Shown in pieces: positions 8,671 through 18,226 of a stretch of 40,103 nt of DNA. The notes under the pieces were generated by a model. It did no database searches. It saw nothing but the letters and a program-made list of their open reading frames with translations, and was not told the DNA's origin. The translations under genes and the position numbers were made by a program. The stretch's first letter is position 1. Every line of letters starts with the position of its first letter. Source of the DNA: a virus (taxonomy: Duplodnaviria; Caudoviricetes); IMG/VR virus record IMGVR_UViG_3300005573_000165, positions 1 to 40,103 of that record. One strand, 5' to 3'.

Positions 8671-9096
8671 ATGCCGTACCCTGATGTTGAGATTGTCGAC
8701 GACGTTCCGACGGGCGGCGCGCAAACCGGGCTGACCACCACGGGCTACACGGACTATCGGCTGTCCCGCGACTGCTACGTGCTGGGGATTGTGGCCCGCG
8801 TCACGACCGGCATCGCCGGCTCGACGACGCTGCCCATTGTCGACGTGGCCGTGGCCGACAACGGCGGCGGCAACCTCACCAGCGTCGCCAGCATCTCGTT
8901 CGGGACCGAGGCCGCGGGCGCCCGGCGGGTCGCGATGGCCGCCACCCCCGTGTTCGTCGACGCGTCCGCGGGCCGCATAATCCGCCTGCGGGTCACGCAG
9001 GCGGCGACCGGCGGGAGCCCCACGGGCCAGGCGCAGCTGTACGCGCTCGTTCGCTGGGCCAACGAGGCCGACTTCGCGCCAGGGTACACCGAGTAG
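8671..9096 (+). CDS. Virion structural protein (capsid decoration/cement candidate)
   Basis: T/G/A-rich beta-type 141-aa protein directly after the capsid gene; strong SD. Confidence 0.55.
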   Translation: MPYPDVEIVDDVPTGGAQTGLTTTGYTDYRLSRDCYVLGIVARVTTGIAGSTTLPIVDVAVADNGGGNLTSVASISFGTEAAGARRVAMAATPVFVDASAGRIIRLRVTQAATGGSPTGQAQLYALVRWANEADFAPGYTE

Positions 9097-9121
9097 GCGC
9101 TGGGTTGGGCGGCACGGGACG

Positions 9122-9152
9122 CGGGGGCCGGCCCCGCCCAGGCCGGCCCCCG
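9122..9152 (+). terminator. GC-rich 12-bp hairpin (terminator or mRNA stabiliser)
   Basis: cgggggccggcc-7 nt-ggccggcccccg; no U-tract. Confidence 0.4.
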
Positions 9153-9173
9153 GGACAACAAGGAGGATAACAG

Positions 9174-9590
9174 ATGGCGCTGTCTTTCTCGCTGGACGGG
9201 CCGCCGGTCCTGCTTGGGAAGCGCAAGCTTTCCACAGGGACCGTGACGTTCGATAACGCCTACGCGACCGGCGGCAAGTCGTTCACGCCCCAGAGCGTGG
9301 GTTTCGCCTCCCGGCTCGATGCGATCATGTTCGTCGGGGGCACGGGGGCGTATCACGTCTCCTGGGACAAGACCAACTCAAAGCTGCTCGTGCACGAGAT
9401 CACGGCGACGATCACCGGCGGCCAGTCAGGGACGGTGGCGATCGGCATCGCCTCGGACGCCAGCGGCGCGGCGCTGAGCAAGACCACCGCCACCAACCGC
9501 GCCGGCATCACGGGCATCGCGCACACCGAGGTCCCCAACGGCACCGACCTGTCGGCCCTGACCGCCAGGTTCGTCGCGATCGGATGGTAG
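9174..9590 (+). CDS. Virion structural protein
   Basis: SD aaggagga; motifs FDNAYATGG and EVPNGTDLS...F.AIG recalled from phage head-associated proteins. Confidence 0.6.
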   Translation: MALSFSLDGPPVLLGKRKLSTGTVTFDNAYATGGKSFTPQSVGFASRLDAIMFVGGTGAYHVSWDKTNSKLLVHEITATITGGQSGTVAIGIASDASGAALSKTTATNRAGITGIAHTEVPNGTDLSALTARFVAIGW

Positions 9591-9596
9591 ACGGCG

Positions 9597-9872
9597 ATGG
9601 CGACCACTGCGGTGACGCTGACGGCGAGCGGGATCGTCTCCAGCAAGCCCTGCCGGCTCTACACTGCCCACATCAAGGCCGGGAGCTCGGCCGGTTCGGT
9701 CTCGCTCCGCAACGGCACGACGGGCAGCGACGACGTGCTTGACCAGGTGGGGGACAGCGGCGGAGGCGCCTGGCTCCAGTACACCTGGCACGGGCTCACG
9801 TTCAGCAAGGGGCTCTATGCGACGGTCACGAACACGGCCCAGGTGACGCTCGAGATCGAGCCCCTGGGCTAG
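9597..9872 (+). CDS. Small virion structural protein
   Basis: 91 aa, beta-rich, inside the structural operon. Confidence 0.55.
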   Translation: MATTAVTLTASGIVSSKPCRLYTAHIKAGSSAGSVSLRNGTTGSDDVLDQVGDSGGGAWLQYTWHGLTFSKGLYATVTNTAQVTLEIEPLG

Positions 9873-9897
9873 CGCAAAGAAGAAAGGGGCAAGCCGC

Positions 9898-10350
9898 ATG
9901 CGCAAGACTCGCTTTGACGAGCGCCGCAACTATCTCGCCTTCACCCGCGACGGCGAGATGATCCGCGTGCAGGACGGCAACTACTTCGCGCCAGATGGCC
10001 GCGTCCTGGCTCCGAAGGAGGTGCCGAAGTGGGTGCAGGAGCAGGTGGAGGCGATGGGAGGGCTCCCGTCCTTGCAGGACACCCGGCCGGTGCGCACCTA
10101 CGCCTGCCCCGTGTGCGACTTCGAGGCGGCCAGCCGCGGCGAGCTGCTCGATCACCTGAGGGACGCGCACGAAGCCGATATCCCCAGGCCGGCCGGAAAG
10201 CCGCCCGAGCCCGTTCCGGTGGAGGAAGACCCGGACCTCGTGAGCGAGTACGACTCGGTCGGCGACGCCGAGGCGGAGGCGGCGGACGCGATCCGCGCAA
10301 TGGTCGAGGAGAGAGTTGCCGCGCTGAAGGCAGCGAAGAAGAAGGCGTAA
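9898..10350 (+). CDS. Hypothetical protein with C2H2 zinc finger
   Basis: YACPVCDF...LLDHLRDAH. Confidence 0.65.
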   Translation: MRKTRFDERRNYLAFTRDGEMIRVQDGNYFAPDGRVLAPKEVPKWVQEQVEAMGGLPSLQDTRPVRTYACPVCDFEAASRGELLDHLRDAHEADIPRPAGKPPEPVPVEEDPDLVSEYDSVGDAEAEAADAIRAMVEERVAALKAAKKKA

Positions 10351-10354
10351 GCGC

Positions 10355-11011
10355 ATGGCAACCTTCGGCGAGCTCAAGTCGAGGGTTATCGGGAACCTCG
10401 GCCGCGACCTGGCGGTGGTCAGGGAGAAGGTCGGCCAGTGGGTGAACGACGAGGCCCAGTCCGTGGGCAACATGGCCGACTGGTGGTTTCTCGAGACCTC
10501 CGTCTCGCTGACGACCGTGCAGGGCGTGGTGGAGTACTCCCTGCCCACTGGGCTGCGCACCTTCCGGGATGCCTGGATCGTTTCCGACGGAAGGTGGTGG
10601 CCCCTCGATCGCGCCAGCGAGTCAGGCCTGATGATTCTGAGCGGCAACTCCTCCAGCCAGGGCGCGCCCTCGATGTACGCGCTGCGGCCGGGAGACGCGA
10701 AGCTCCTCATCGGCCCTGCGCCCGATGGCGAGTACGAGGTGCTCGTGCGTTACTGGGCGGCGTTGCCGCTGTTGGTGAACGACGATGATACGAACGCGCT
10801 CACCGAGAGGTGGCCGCTGGTTGTGGAGGCTGGCGCGACGCTGCGCGGGGCGGCGACGCTTCAGGATTCGGAGGTCATGGCGGCCTTCCGGGCCGTCTAT
10901 CAGGGCGCGCTGGAGGCGCTGTGGCGGGCCCACCGCGACGCGGTGCGGTCCGGCCCCCTGCAGCTTATCCCCTACCGCGGCGCCCGGAGGTCGGCGGTGC
11001 AGCTGAGCTAG
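10355..11011 (+). CDS. Head-tail adaptor / tail tubular protein A-like
   Basis: 218 aa; T..EL...V N-terminus, WWFLE, EYSLP, GPAPDGEY.V.V.Y..LP.L pattern; position. Confidence 0.7.
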   Translation: MATFGELKSRVIGNLGRDLAVVREKVGQWVNDEAQSVGNMADWWFLETSVSLTTVQGVVEYSLPTGLRTFRDAWIVSDGRWWPLDRASESGLMILSGNSSSQGAPSMYALRPGDAKLLIGPAPDGEYEVLVRYWAALPLLVNDDDTNALTERWPLVVEAGATLRGAATLQDSEVMAAFRAVYQGALEALWRAHRDAVRSGPLQLIPYRGARRSAVQLS

Positions 11012-11031
11012 GCTGAGTAGGAGCGACACCC

Positions 11032-11745
11032 ATGGCGGGCCCGTACACGTGGAACGTCAACCTGCCCACCGGGGCCGAGGACCCCGGTTCGATCGACGAC
11101 ATAATCCGGGACCAGATCAAGGCCCCGCTGAACCAGCTCTTCACGGACCTGATGCCCAACTGGCCGCAGGACTGCGTGCTGGCGCAGGGGACGGCCCGCA
11201 TCAAGACCGGCGTCGAGGCAAGCCTGCCGGCTTCGGCGCAGGACGGCGAGCTGTACTGGGCGACGGACACGCGCACGCTCTGGGTGCGCCAGTCCGGGAG
11301 CTGGTACCAGATCCAGGGCGGGCGCTACGTGGAGATACCGCTGGTCTCGGGCTTCTCGTGGTACGGACAGCTCGGCGGGGGAGACCAGTGGCAGGACCTG
11401 CCGGAGGAGTGGGCCACCGCGGATACCTACTCGGGCGTCGCTTACCTGGGCATGTACTACCCGGCGACGACGAGCTGCAGGCTGCGCGTTGTGCACCGGC
11501 GAGGCGCGTACCACACGACGGCGAAGTACCGCCTTTCCAAGCTCGTGCCTCCCGGCAGCTCGTGGGTCACGATCAGCGAATCGCTTGTGGAGTCAGGGAA
11601 CACGGCCGTCGAGATGCTGCGCAGCGAGCTGTTTACGCTCGACGAGTTCTGCTACCTTCGCCTCCAGGGCGCAGCCCTGAGGACCGAGGTCTTCCCCACG
11701 CACGCGGTCTCCGTGTACTCCGCGACGCTCGAGGTCCGGTGGTGA
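11032..11745 (+). CDS. Tail-associated structural protein
   Basis: SD aggag; IDDIIR..K and GELYWATDT fibre-like motifs. Confidence 0.55.
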   Translation: MAGPYTWNVNLPTGAEDPGSIDDIIRDQIKAPLNQLFTDLMPNWPQDCVLAQGTARIKTGVEASLPASAQDGELYWATDTRTLWVRQSGSWYQIQGGRYVEIPLVSGFSWYGQLGGGDQWQDLPEEWATADTYSGVAYLGMYYPATTSCRLRVVHRRGAYHTTAKYRLSKLVPPGSSWVTISESLVESGNTAVEMLRSELFTLDEFCYLRLQGAALRTEVFPTHAVSVYSATLEVRW

Positions 11746-11748
11746 GCC

Positions 11749-13362
11749 ATGCCTACCACCGTGCTGGGGCCCTTCAGCGGAGGTGAGCGGGCGGAGCTCG
11801 GCACCCCGGCCCTGGTGCCGCAGGACTCGCTCTGGCGCGCCAGAAACGTTGAGTTCTACCGCGGCGCGCTTCAGAAGCGGCCGGGGCGGTTCTCGCCGTT
11901 CAAGGGTGGAATCGACGGCGCGCCGCTTCTGCTCTACGAGTACCGCAAGGCGAGCGGCGACTCGTGGCTCGTCGCGGTCACCGAGGACCAGTACGGGCAC
12001 GCGAAGGTCTACACGGCCGACGCGCAGAGCCATGCCTGGACGGACCGCAGTCCGCAGAGCAGCAGCAGCGTGCTCTGCCGGCCCTCCGCGGTCACCTGGG
12101 AGAACCAGGTGTGGGTGACCTGGGGCGGCTCCGAGGGCATCTTCGCCTGGGACGGCGCCGCGGAACGCTTCACCGCGCAGTCCGGCAGCCCGCAGTGCCG
12201 CTATCTCGGCGTGCTCGCGAACCACCTTGTGGCGGCCTACATCATCGACGCGGGGAACGCGCTCCCGCAGACAGTCAAGTGGTCATCGGAGCCGGGCCTC
12301 ATCGGCCCGGGCGAGGACCTGTGGCTCGACGGCGATTCGGGCGAGAACATCCTCGTTGACCCGCCCGGGCACATCACGGACTTGTGGCGGCTGGGCGACT
12401 ACCTGTACGTCGCGCGCCAGCACTCGATCACCCGCATGAGCTTCGTGGGGCCGCCCTACGTCTTCGCCTTCCAGGCGATCGACGCGCCGGGGTGCGTCGG
12501 CCCGCACAGCCTGGGCGACGTGTGGACGGAGGAGCAGCCCACCGCCTTCTACCTGGGCGAGGACAACGTCTACGCCTTCAACGGCATCGTCGCGCGCCCT
12601 GCGCCCGATGCGGTGCGGCGCGTCGTCACCGGGACGGTGAACCGCCAGCGGTTGGACTGGGTCTGCGGGATGAGCTGGCCGGCGCGGCAGCAGTACTGGC
12701 TGAGCTTCGCCTCCACGCAGTCTGCGGATAACGATCTGATGCTGGTGGTCGACTACGGCAACGGCGCGATGTACCTGTGGGAGCTGCCCGCGACTGTGCT
12801 GGGGCGCTGGCAGGCCATCGGCGTGAGAACGATCGACGACCTGACGGCGCTTCTGGCGGCGATCAGCCCCGACTACAACGAGATCGACGAGCTGCCCCAC
12901 CTTGCACCTACGATCGACGGCCTGTCCGGCGTCGTGGCGGCGGAGCCGGTCGTTCCGCTCATCGGCACCAGCGACGGAACCGTGTGGCAGCTGAGCCCGG
13001 AGACGACCATCGACGGCACCGTGGAGGTGGGCGACCAGCAGGTTCCGGTGCCGATACGGGCCAGCGTGGAGACCGGGCTGGTGGCCTTCGATCCCCTGCG
13101 CGCGCAGCAGATCAGGCGCGTGGGCATCCTCGCGGAGCGCCCGACCGCCGGGGCTGAGGTGACCGTGCAGATCGGGGCGAGCGAGGATGGGCACAACGTC
13201 ACCTGGCAGGAGGGCCGGCAGGTCGCCCTCAGCGCCACCGAGACGCCGTGGCTGGACGCGAGGGTTTCCGGCCGGGCCTTTGCCTTCCGCCTGACAAACG
13301 ACGCGACGACGACCTTTCGGGTCTCGGCGCTGGTTGTGGACTGGAGGGTTCGCGGGCGATGA
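11749..13362 (+). CDS. Tail nozzle / DNA-stabilisation protein (P22 gp10 / tubular B-like)
   Basis: 537 aa with beta-propeller-like repeats; ARNV.F..G.LQKRPG N-terminus; position after adaptor. Confidence 0.7.
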   Translation: MPTTVLGPFSGGERAELGTPALVPQDSLWRARNVEFYRGALQKRPGRFSPFKGGIDGAPLLLYEYRKASGDSWLVAVTEDQYGHAKVYTADAQSHAWTDRSPQSSSSVLCRPSAVTWENQVWVTWGGSEGIFAWDGAAERFTAQSGSPQCRYLGVLANHLVAAYIIDAGNALPQTVKWSSEPGLIGPGEDLWLDGDSGENILVDPPGHITDLWRLGDYLYVARQHSITRMSFVGPPYVFAFQAIDAPGCVGPHSLGDVWTEEQPTAFYLGEDNVYAFNGIVARPAPDAVRRVVTGTVNRQRLDWVCGMSWPARQQYWLSFASTQSADNDLMLVVDYGNGAMYLWELPATVLGRWQAIGVRTIDDLTALLAAISPDYNEIDELPHLAPTIDGLSGVVAAEPVVPLIGTSDGTVWQLSPETTIDGTVEVGDQQVPVPIRASVETGLVAFDPLRAQQIRRVGILAERPTAGAEVTVQIGASEDGHNVTWQEGRQVALSATETPWLDARVSGRAFAFRLTNDATTTFRVSALVVDWRVRGR

Positions 13363-15557
13363 GGCTGCCGCCGCCGTCAGCATGGCCATCCCCCAGCGGG
13401 CTGCCAGACCCGGTCCGGGCCTGGGGTCAGGACATGGTCCGGGCGGTAGACGAGGCCCTGGCCAGGGAGGCCTTGGAGCGCCGGCGTCTGCACGTCTACG
13501 TGCGCGACGAGGCCCAGCTTGGAGCAATTCAGGGAGCGCTAGGGCAGGAAGCCTACGCGGTCGCGGAGATGACCTGGTGGAAGTGGGACGGCTCGCAGTG
13601 GAGGCCCCTGTTCGTGGCCGGCGCCGGCAACTCGGTGCACAACGACCTGTCTGGAATCCAGGGCGGGGGCCTGACCGAGCGCTACCACCTCGCCCTCGCC
13701 GAGTACCAGGCCCTCGTCGCCAATATGCCCTTCACAGCCGGGCGGGTTTTCTACGCGGATGCGAGCGGCCGGCTGGCGGGGTCGGAGAGCCTCGTCTGGG
13801 ACTATGCGAACAGCCGCCTCGGCGTCGGGGTTTCCTCGCCGTCCGCGCGGTTGCACTTGGGGGGCGATGCCTACGTCGACGGCACCGCGGGCGCGCGGGT
13901 GAGGGTCCGCGGGATCGGCTCCGCGGACAGCTACGCCCAGGTCCGCGACGCGTCCGCCAGCCAGGGCGCGCTGGACAAGCGGACGGCCTCCGGCATCTCC
14001 TACCTCGACCTGAACCCGCTGCCCGCGGACGGCGCGAGCCAGGCCCAGGTGCGCCTGTTCCGGGACACGAGCACCTCGGGCGCGAAGTACGTGCTGGTTC
14101 ACCCCGGCGACGGCTCGGCGAACCAGATGGTGAACCTGACGGTCGCGCCCGGCACCGGCGGCGTGTACAGCTCGCTGACGATGTTCACCTACTCGGACAC
14201 CGTGGGCGAGTTTCCGAGCCTCTGGCTGCGGCGCTCCCGCGGCAGCCCGGCCAGCCCGGCCGCGGTGCAGTCGGGCGACACGCTCGGCGCCTACCGGCTG
14301 GTGGGCTATGACGGCAGCAGCGCGATCATCTCCGGCGAGATCACCGCCTCGGCGACGGAGAACTGGTCGGCCTCCGGGCGCGGCACCGACCTGCTCCTGC
14401 TAAGCACGCTGGCGGGAACGACCAGCCGCGTCGAGGGCCTGCGGCTGCGGGGCACGCAGGCGCTGGTGCGGGACGGCACGGCCTCGGCGCCGGGCCTGGG
14501 CTTCCGAGACGAGACGGGCACGGGCCTGTATCGCTACGGCTCGGGGGTGATCGGCTTCACCGTCGGCGGGACCGGGCAGTGGCTGCTGAGTGGGACCGCC
14601 CTCTATCCGACGGCGGATAATTCGGAGGACATCGGCACCTCTTCGCTGCTGCCGAAGGACGTGTACGGCTACCGGCACCTGGCGAAGGACGGGACGCAGG
14701 CCCTGCCCTCGCTGACCTTCGCGGCGGACACAGACACCGGCCTCTTCCGGCCAGCAGCCGACTCCATAGGGCTTGCTGTGGCGGGCGTCGAGCAGTGGCG
14801 GCTGGTGGGCACGGCATTCTATCCCGTGGCCGACAACTCCGAGGACATCGGGACCTCCACCCTCGGCGTGAAGGCCCTGTACCTCGCTGACGCGTCGCAC
14901 TCGCCGAGCGCCGAGGGGGAGATGAGGGCCGACTCCGCGGCGGCGGCCGTCGAGGCCTACATGGGCGGCATGGCTCGCCAGCTCGCGGGGCGCGTGCACT
15001 CGATCACCTCCAGGGCGCAGCTCAGCAGCAGCAGCGGCGCGGCCAGCGGGAACGTCGCGACGAAGAGCTTCGCCTCCGGCTCGCGCGTGGCAGGCAAGGC
15101 GTTCGCCATCCGGGCGTCGGGGCACGTGAAGCTTTACGCGCCGGGCGGGGGCACTTCTCCCGGCACTGCCACTGTCGAGCTTCGCTTCGGCAGCGTGAGC
15201 ATCGTGAGCCAGCAGTACTCGGCGGCGGCAGCGGGCGGCCCGGGAGGCCTCTGCTACTGGTTCGGCTTCCACCTGGAGGCCTGGGGTACGATCCGGGGCA
15301 CAAACCAGATCATGGTCGGGGACGCGCGGATTCACGGATCGGCCGGCTTCAACCAGCCGGATGACCCCTTCGGCTCTGCGGGCTACAACGTCGGCGCCCC
15401 TTCGCAGCAGACATGGATGCACCGGACCGACGTTGTAGCCCCTGGCATAGGGAACCTGACGATTGCAATATACGGCACGATCGCGAACGCGAACACGACG
15501 AACACAAGCTACATCGCGGTTGACGAGTTCTCGATAAGCGACGAGGTGGCACACTGA
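13359..15557 (+). CDS. Tail fibre / receptor-binding protein
   Basis: ATGA overlap at 13359; G/S/T-rich; RLGVG.SSPSARLH motif; two internal 72-aa repeats DGT..P...F..DT.TGL.R. Confidence 0.8.
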   Translation: MRLPPPSAWPSPSGLPDPVRAWGQDMVRAVDEALAREALERRRLHVYVRDEAQLGAIQGALGQEAYAVAEMTWWKWDGSQWRPLFVAGAGNSVHNDLSGIQGGGLTERYHLALAEYQALVANMPFTAGRVFYADASGRLAGSESLVWDYANSRLGVGVSSPSARLHLGGDAYVDGTAGARVRVRGIGSADSYAQVRDASASQGALDKRTASGISYLDLNPLPADGASQAQVRLFRDTSTSGAKYVLVHPGDGSANQMVNLTVAPGTGGVYSSLTMFTYSDTVGEFPSLWLRRSRGSPASPAAVQSGDTLGAYRLVGYDGSSAIISGEITASATENWSASGRGTDLLLLSTLAGTTSRVEGLRLRGTQALVRDGTASAPGLGFRDETGTGLYRYGSGVIGFTVGGTGQWLLSGTALYPTADNSEDIGTSSLLPKDVYGYRHLAKDGTQALPSLTFAADTDTGLFRPAADSIGLAVAGVEQWRLVGTAFYPVADNSEDIGTSTLGVKALYLADASHSPSAEGEMRADSAAAAVEAYMGGMARQLAGRVHSITSRAQLSSSSGAASGNVATKSFASGSRVAGKAFAIRASGHVKLYAPGGGTSPGTATVELRFGSVSIVSQQYSAAAAGGPGGLCYWFGFHLEAWGTIRGTNQIMVGDARIHGSAGFNQPDDPFGSAGYNVGAPSQQTWMHRTDVVAPGIGNLTIAIYGTIANANTTNTSYIAVDEFSISDEVAH

Positions 15558-15584
15558 GCGGGCCGGGAGGGCCCGCGGGAGGAT

Positions 15585-16037
15585 GTGATGACGGTTGGGA
15601 CCGATGTGACAGGAGAGGGCGGCGCCTCGCAGAGGGCCGCGGAGCTGAGCGATGACGAGCTGGAGCGGGCCCGGGCGCGGCGCTTCCGCGTGCGCCTGGG
15701 CGGCACGTCCGGCACGGTGGTCGGCATGTGCGAGTACTCCTTCGCCAGCGGCGCCTGGTACTGGAATGGCGTGCTGCGGCCCGTTGTCTACTGCCGGACG
15801 CGCGCCTCGGGCGGCCAGATCCGCTACTCGTCGTTCTCGGAGCAGGTGAGCGGCGCCGGCAGCTCGATAGGCAGCGTCCTCACCGGGTCCGTGCAGGGCG
15901 TGCTCCAGGACATCGGCGATGCGCCCTTGAACACGACGGTGGATCAGGCACTCGTGCTGTCCTACGAGGTCGTCGGCACGACGCCCGGCGATGGCACGAT
16001 CGACCTGAAGTACTGGGCGATCGAGACATTAATGTGA
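15585..16037 (+). CDS. Tail-fibre C-terminal-domain-like protein
   Basis: 150 aa; beta-sandwich pattern loosely resembling the tip of the preceding fibre. Confidence 0.45.
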   Translation: MMTVGTDVTGEGGASQRAAELSDDELERARARRFRVRLGGTSGTVVGMCEYSFASGAWYWNGVLRPVVYCRTRASGGQIRYSSFSEQVSGAGSSIGSVLTGSVQGVLQDIGDAPLNTTVDQALVLSYEVVGTTPGDGTIDLKYWAIETLM

Positions 16038-16047
16038 GGAGGGACGG

Positions 16048-16320
16048 ATGGCGACGCTGAGCGAAAAGGTGCAGGCACTGGGTGCGATAGCCAACCGTGT
16101 CCAGCAGGCGAACGACCAGGTGCGCCGGGTGCTGTGCCGGGCGCAGGAGCGCCTGGCCGACCCGGACCTGACGGACGCAGAGCGCAGCCGGCTGCTGCAG
16201 GTGGCGGTCGCCAGGTACGCGGACGCCGCGTCGGGCGTTCGCGCGACGGTCGCCCTCTACCCCGACGCCGGGGAGCTGGGCGCGTGGCAGCCGCCGGCCG
16301 AGCTTCTGGGAGGCGAGTGA
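16048..16320 (+). CDS. Hypothetical protein
   Basis: SD gaggagg, 90 aa helical. Confidence 0.65.
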   Translation: MATLSEKVQALGAIANRVQQANDQVRRVLCRAQERLADPDLTDAERSRLLQVAVARYADAASGVRATVALYPDAGELGAWQPPAELLGGE

Positions 16321-16592
16321 CGGACATGGATGACCCGACACGGATGAGCTTTCGCGACCGCGTTGAGCACGTTAGGCGGGTGATGGCGGAATACGGGGTG
16401 TCGTTTACGGTGCTGCCGGTCCGCCTCCCCATAGACGCCGACGGCTGGCTCCAGCCGCAGATCCGCGAAGTGGACGCCTTCGCCGCCGGCGCGAACACCG
16501 CACAGGAGGTGGCCCGAGATGGCCAAGGTAGGACGCAGGACGGCCCTGAAGGGGTTCCAGAACATCCTCAACAGGGAAGTGGCCGAGATTAG
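16317..16592 (+). CDS. Hypothetical protein
   Basis: GTGA overlap with previous gene, SD ggagg; 3' end overlaps next gene. Confidence 0.45.
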   Translation: MTDMDDPTRMSFRDRVEHVRRVMAEYGVSFTVLPVRLPIDADGWLQPQIREVDAFAAGANTAQEVARDGQGRTQDGPEGVPEHPQQGSGRD

Positions 16593-16746
16593 GGCGCGCG
16601 GCGGCAAGACCGCCGGCGGCAAGTCGATCCGCAATCCCGAGGCCTACGTGGCGGCGGGACTGCGGCGGACAGGCATCAAGAAGCTCGGTGCAGCCGGGTT
16701 CAAGGCCCGGATGATAGCGGGTAGGCGGCGCGCGAAGAGGGGGTGA
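16519..16746 (+). CDS. Small highly basic protein
   Basis: SD aggaggt; K/R-rich 75 aa. Confidence 0.65.
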   Translation: MAKVGRRTALKGFQNILNREVAEIRARGGKTAGGKSIRNPEAYVAAGLRRTGIKKLGAAGFKARMIAGRRRAKRG

Positions 16747-16749
16747 GTC

Positions 16750-17037
16750 GTGGGAGTGATCGGGCAGCGCTTGCTGAAGTACTGGGTCTGCGGCCTGCTC
16801 GGCGGTCTGATTCACGAGCTGCTCGTGCGCCGGGGGATCCTCGTGCTTCCGCGCTACGACCGGGAGCGCCGCGAGCTGAGCCTCGGATCGCTGGCCGCCA
16901 TGCTCATCGGCGTCGCGGCCGCGGTGCTGGCGGACGGCGCACCCGAGCTTGCGCTGGCCTCGGCGATCGCGGGGCCGATGGTCCTGGAGAACACCGTCAG
17001 CATCCTGCTGGGGAGCAAGAGGAAGAGCGGTGACTAA
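16750..17037 (+). CDS. Holin-like membrane protein (DUF4257-like)
   Basis: 2-3 hydrophobic segments and basic C-terminus; directly upstream of the endolysin. Confidence 0.6.
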   Translation: MGVIGQRLLKYWVCGLLGGLIHELLVRRGILVLPRYDRERRELSLGSLAAMLIGVAAAVLADGAPELALASAIAGPMVLENTVSILLGSKRKSGD

Positions 17038-17497
17038 GGTCGCCAAGCTCGTCCTGTGGTTGCTTAAGCAGGTCGGGAAGGCGTACCGGCTCGGCTCGGA
17101 GGTCAGGCTAGACCCTGATGCCTTCGGCAACCTCTACGCCTTCGCTGACCAGCAGGCGTGGGACTGCTCCGAGCTCGTGCAGGCCGGCCTGTGGGCCGCT
17201 GGCGTCTCGTCTGTCGGCGGGCTGCCCCTGGAGCGCTTCGACGGGGCCGGCGTGCAGTACTGCCACTGCCGGCCCCTGCCGGTTCAGACGGCCCGCGAGA
17301 CGAGCCAGCCGGGCCTGCTGGTCTTCATACAGAGCGCTTCTGCGTACCCCGACAAGCCCATGCGGATCGGGCATGTGGGTATCGTGATTGCGAAGAACGC
17401 GATCGTGGAGGCCCGCGGCGAGCGCTTCGGCGTGGTGGTTGGCCCGGTGAGGCCCAGCTTCAACCTTGCGGGAAAGGTCGACGAGCTGTACCGCTAA
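17030..17497 (+). CDS. NlpC/P60-family peptidase, probable endolysin
   Basis: DCSELV catalytic Cys motif and GHVGI His motif. Confidence 0.8.
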   Translation: MTKVAKLVLWLLKQVGKAYRLGSEVRLDPDAFGNLYAFADQQAWDCSELVQAGLWAAGVSSVGGLPLERFDGAGVQYCHCRPLPVQTARETSQPGLLVFIQSASAYPDKPMRIGHVGIVIAKNAIVEARGERFGVVVGPVRPSFNLAGKVDELYR

Positions 17498-17507
17498 GGA
17501 GGAGAAG

Positions 17508-17804
17508 GTGTCCAAGCTATCGGTCCTGCTTGACAAGCTGACGGCCGCCAGGCAGCTGGCGGACGCGCTGCGCGCGGAATGGGCAGTGCTCGGACAGGTT
17601 TTGAGCGCTCTCGAGGAGGACGATCACCGGCGGGCGTGGGAGGCGCTGTCCGCCTCGCCGCAGGTGGCCGAGGTGATGGGCGAGCTTCCGCCGGAGGTGA
17701 GGCATTGGCTGGAGCTGACGGGTCCAGTGTTCATGGCCCTGCTGGACGCGGCGATCGACGAGCGGGCGATACGGCGGGCGCTGTCAAGGCTAGGGCTGAG
17801 CTGA
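17508..17804 (+). CDS. Hypothetical protein
   Basis: GTG 17508 after SD aaggagga. Confidence 0.6.
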   Translation: MSKLSVLLDKLTAARQLADALRAEWAVLGQVLSALEEDDHRRAWEALSASPQVAEVMGELPPEVRHWLELTGPVFMALLDAAIDERAIRRALSRLGLS

Positions 17805-18226
17805 GCCTGCGCCAGGCCGGCATCGACGACGCCGGCCGCCTGCTGGCCTACTTCGCTGACGCCGAGCTCACCGCCGAGCCAGTGGAGCTGCTGCCGCTCA
17901 TCGGCGAGGCGATCGTCGGTGACCACGGGCTTGCGCTTATGGCGGAGGCGGACGGCGAGCTGAAGGGGGCGCTTGTAGCGCTTGTCGGTACGTGGTTCGG
18001 AACGAGGGCGGCCTACATCGCGGCCGCGAAGTCGAGCCGGGCCGCCAGCCGGCCGATGTGGCATTTCCTGTGCCGGTGGGCGCAGGCGCGCCGGGCCGAG
18101 GGCCTGTTCGCGAGTTACCGGGGTACCCGGCTGAAGGCGCTGCACAGGCGCTGGGGCCTGGAGCCGGTGGCCATGCTGCTCAGTAGGAGGTTGGGCGACA
18201 ATGCACAGCCTGTTCGGGAGGCCTGA
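17801..18226 (+). CDS. GNAT-fold-like protein preceding ejection genes (start uncertain)
   Basis: LRQA..DD N-terminus, AEADGELKG strand, RWGLEPV end resemble acetyltransferase folds; probable CTG start. Confidence 0.45.
   Translation: MSLRQAGIDDAGRLLAYFADAELTAEPVELLPLIGEAIVGDHGLALMAEADGELKGALVALVGTWFGTRAAYIAAAKSSRAASRPMWHFLCRWAQARRAEGLFASYRGTRLKALHRRWGLEPVAMLLSRRLGDNAQPVREA

Noticed and set aside
13359-16037. Diversity-generating retroelement or invertible tail-fibre switch
   Set aside because: No reverse transcriptase, no near-identical TR/VR pair and no inverted cassette seen
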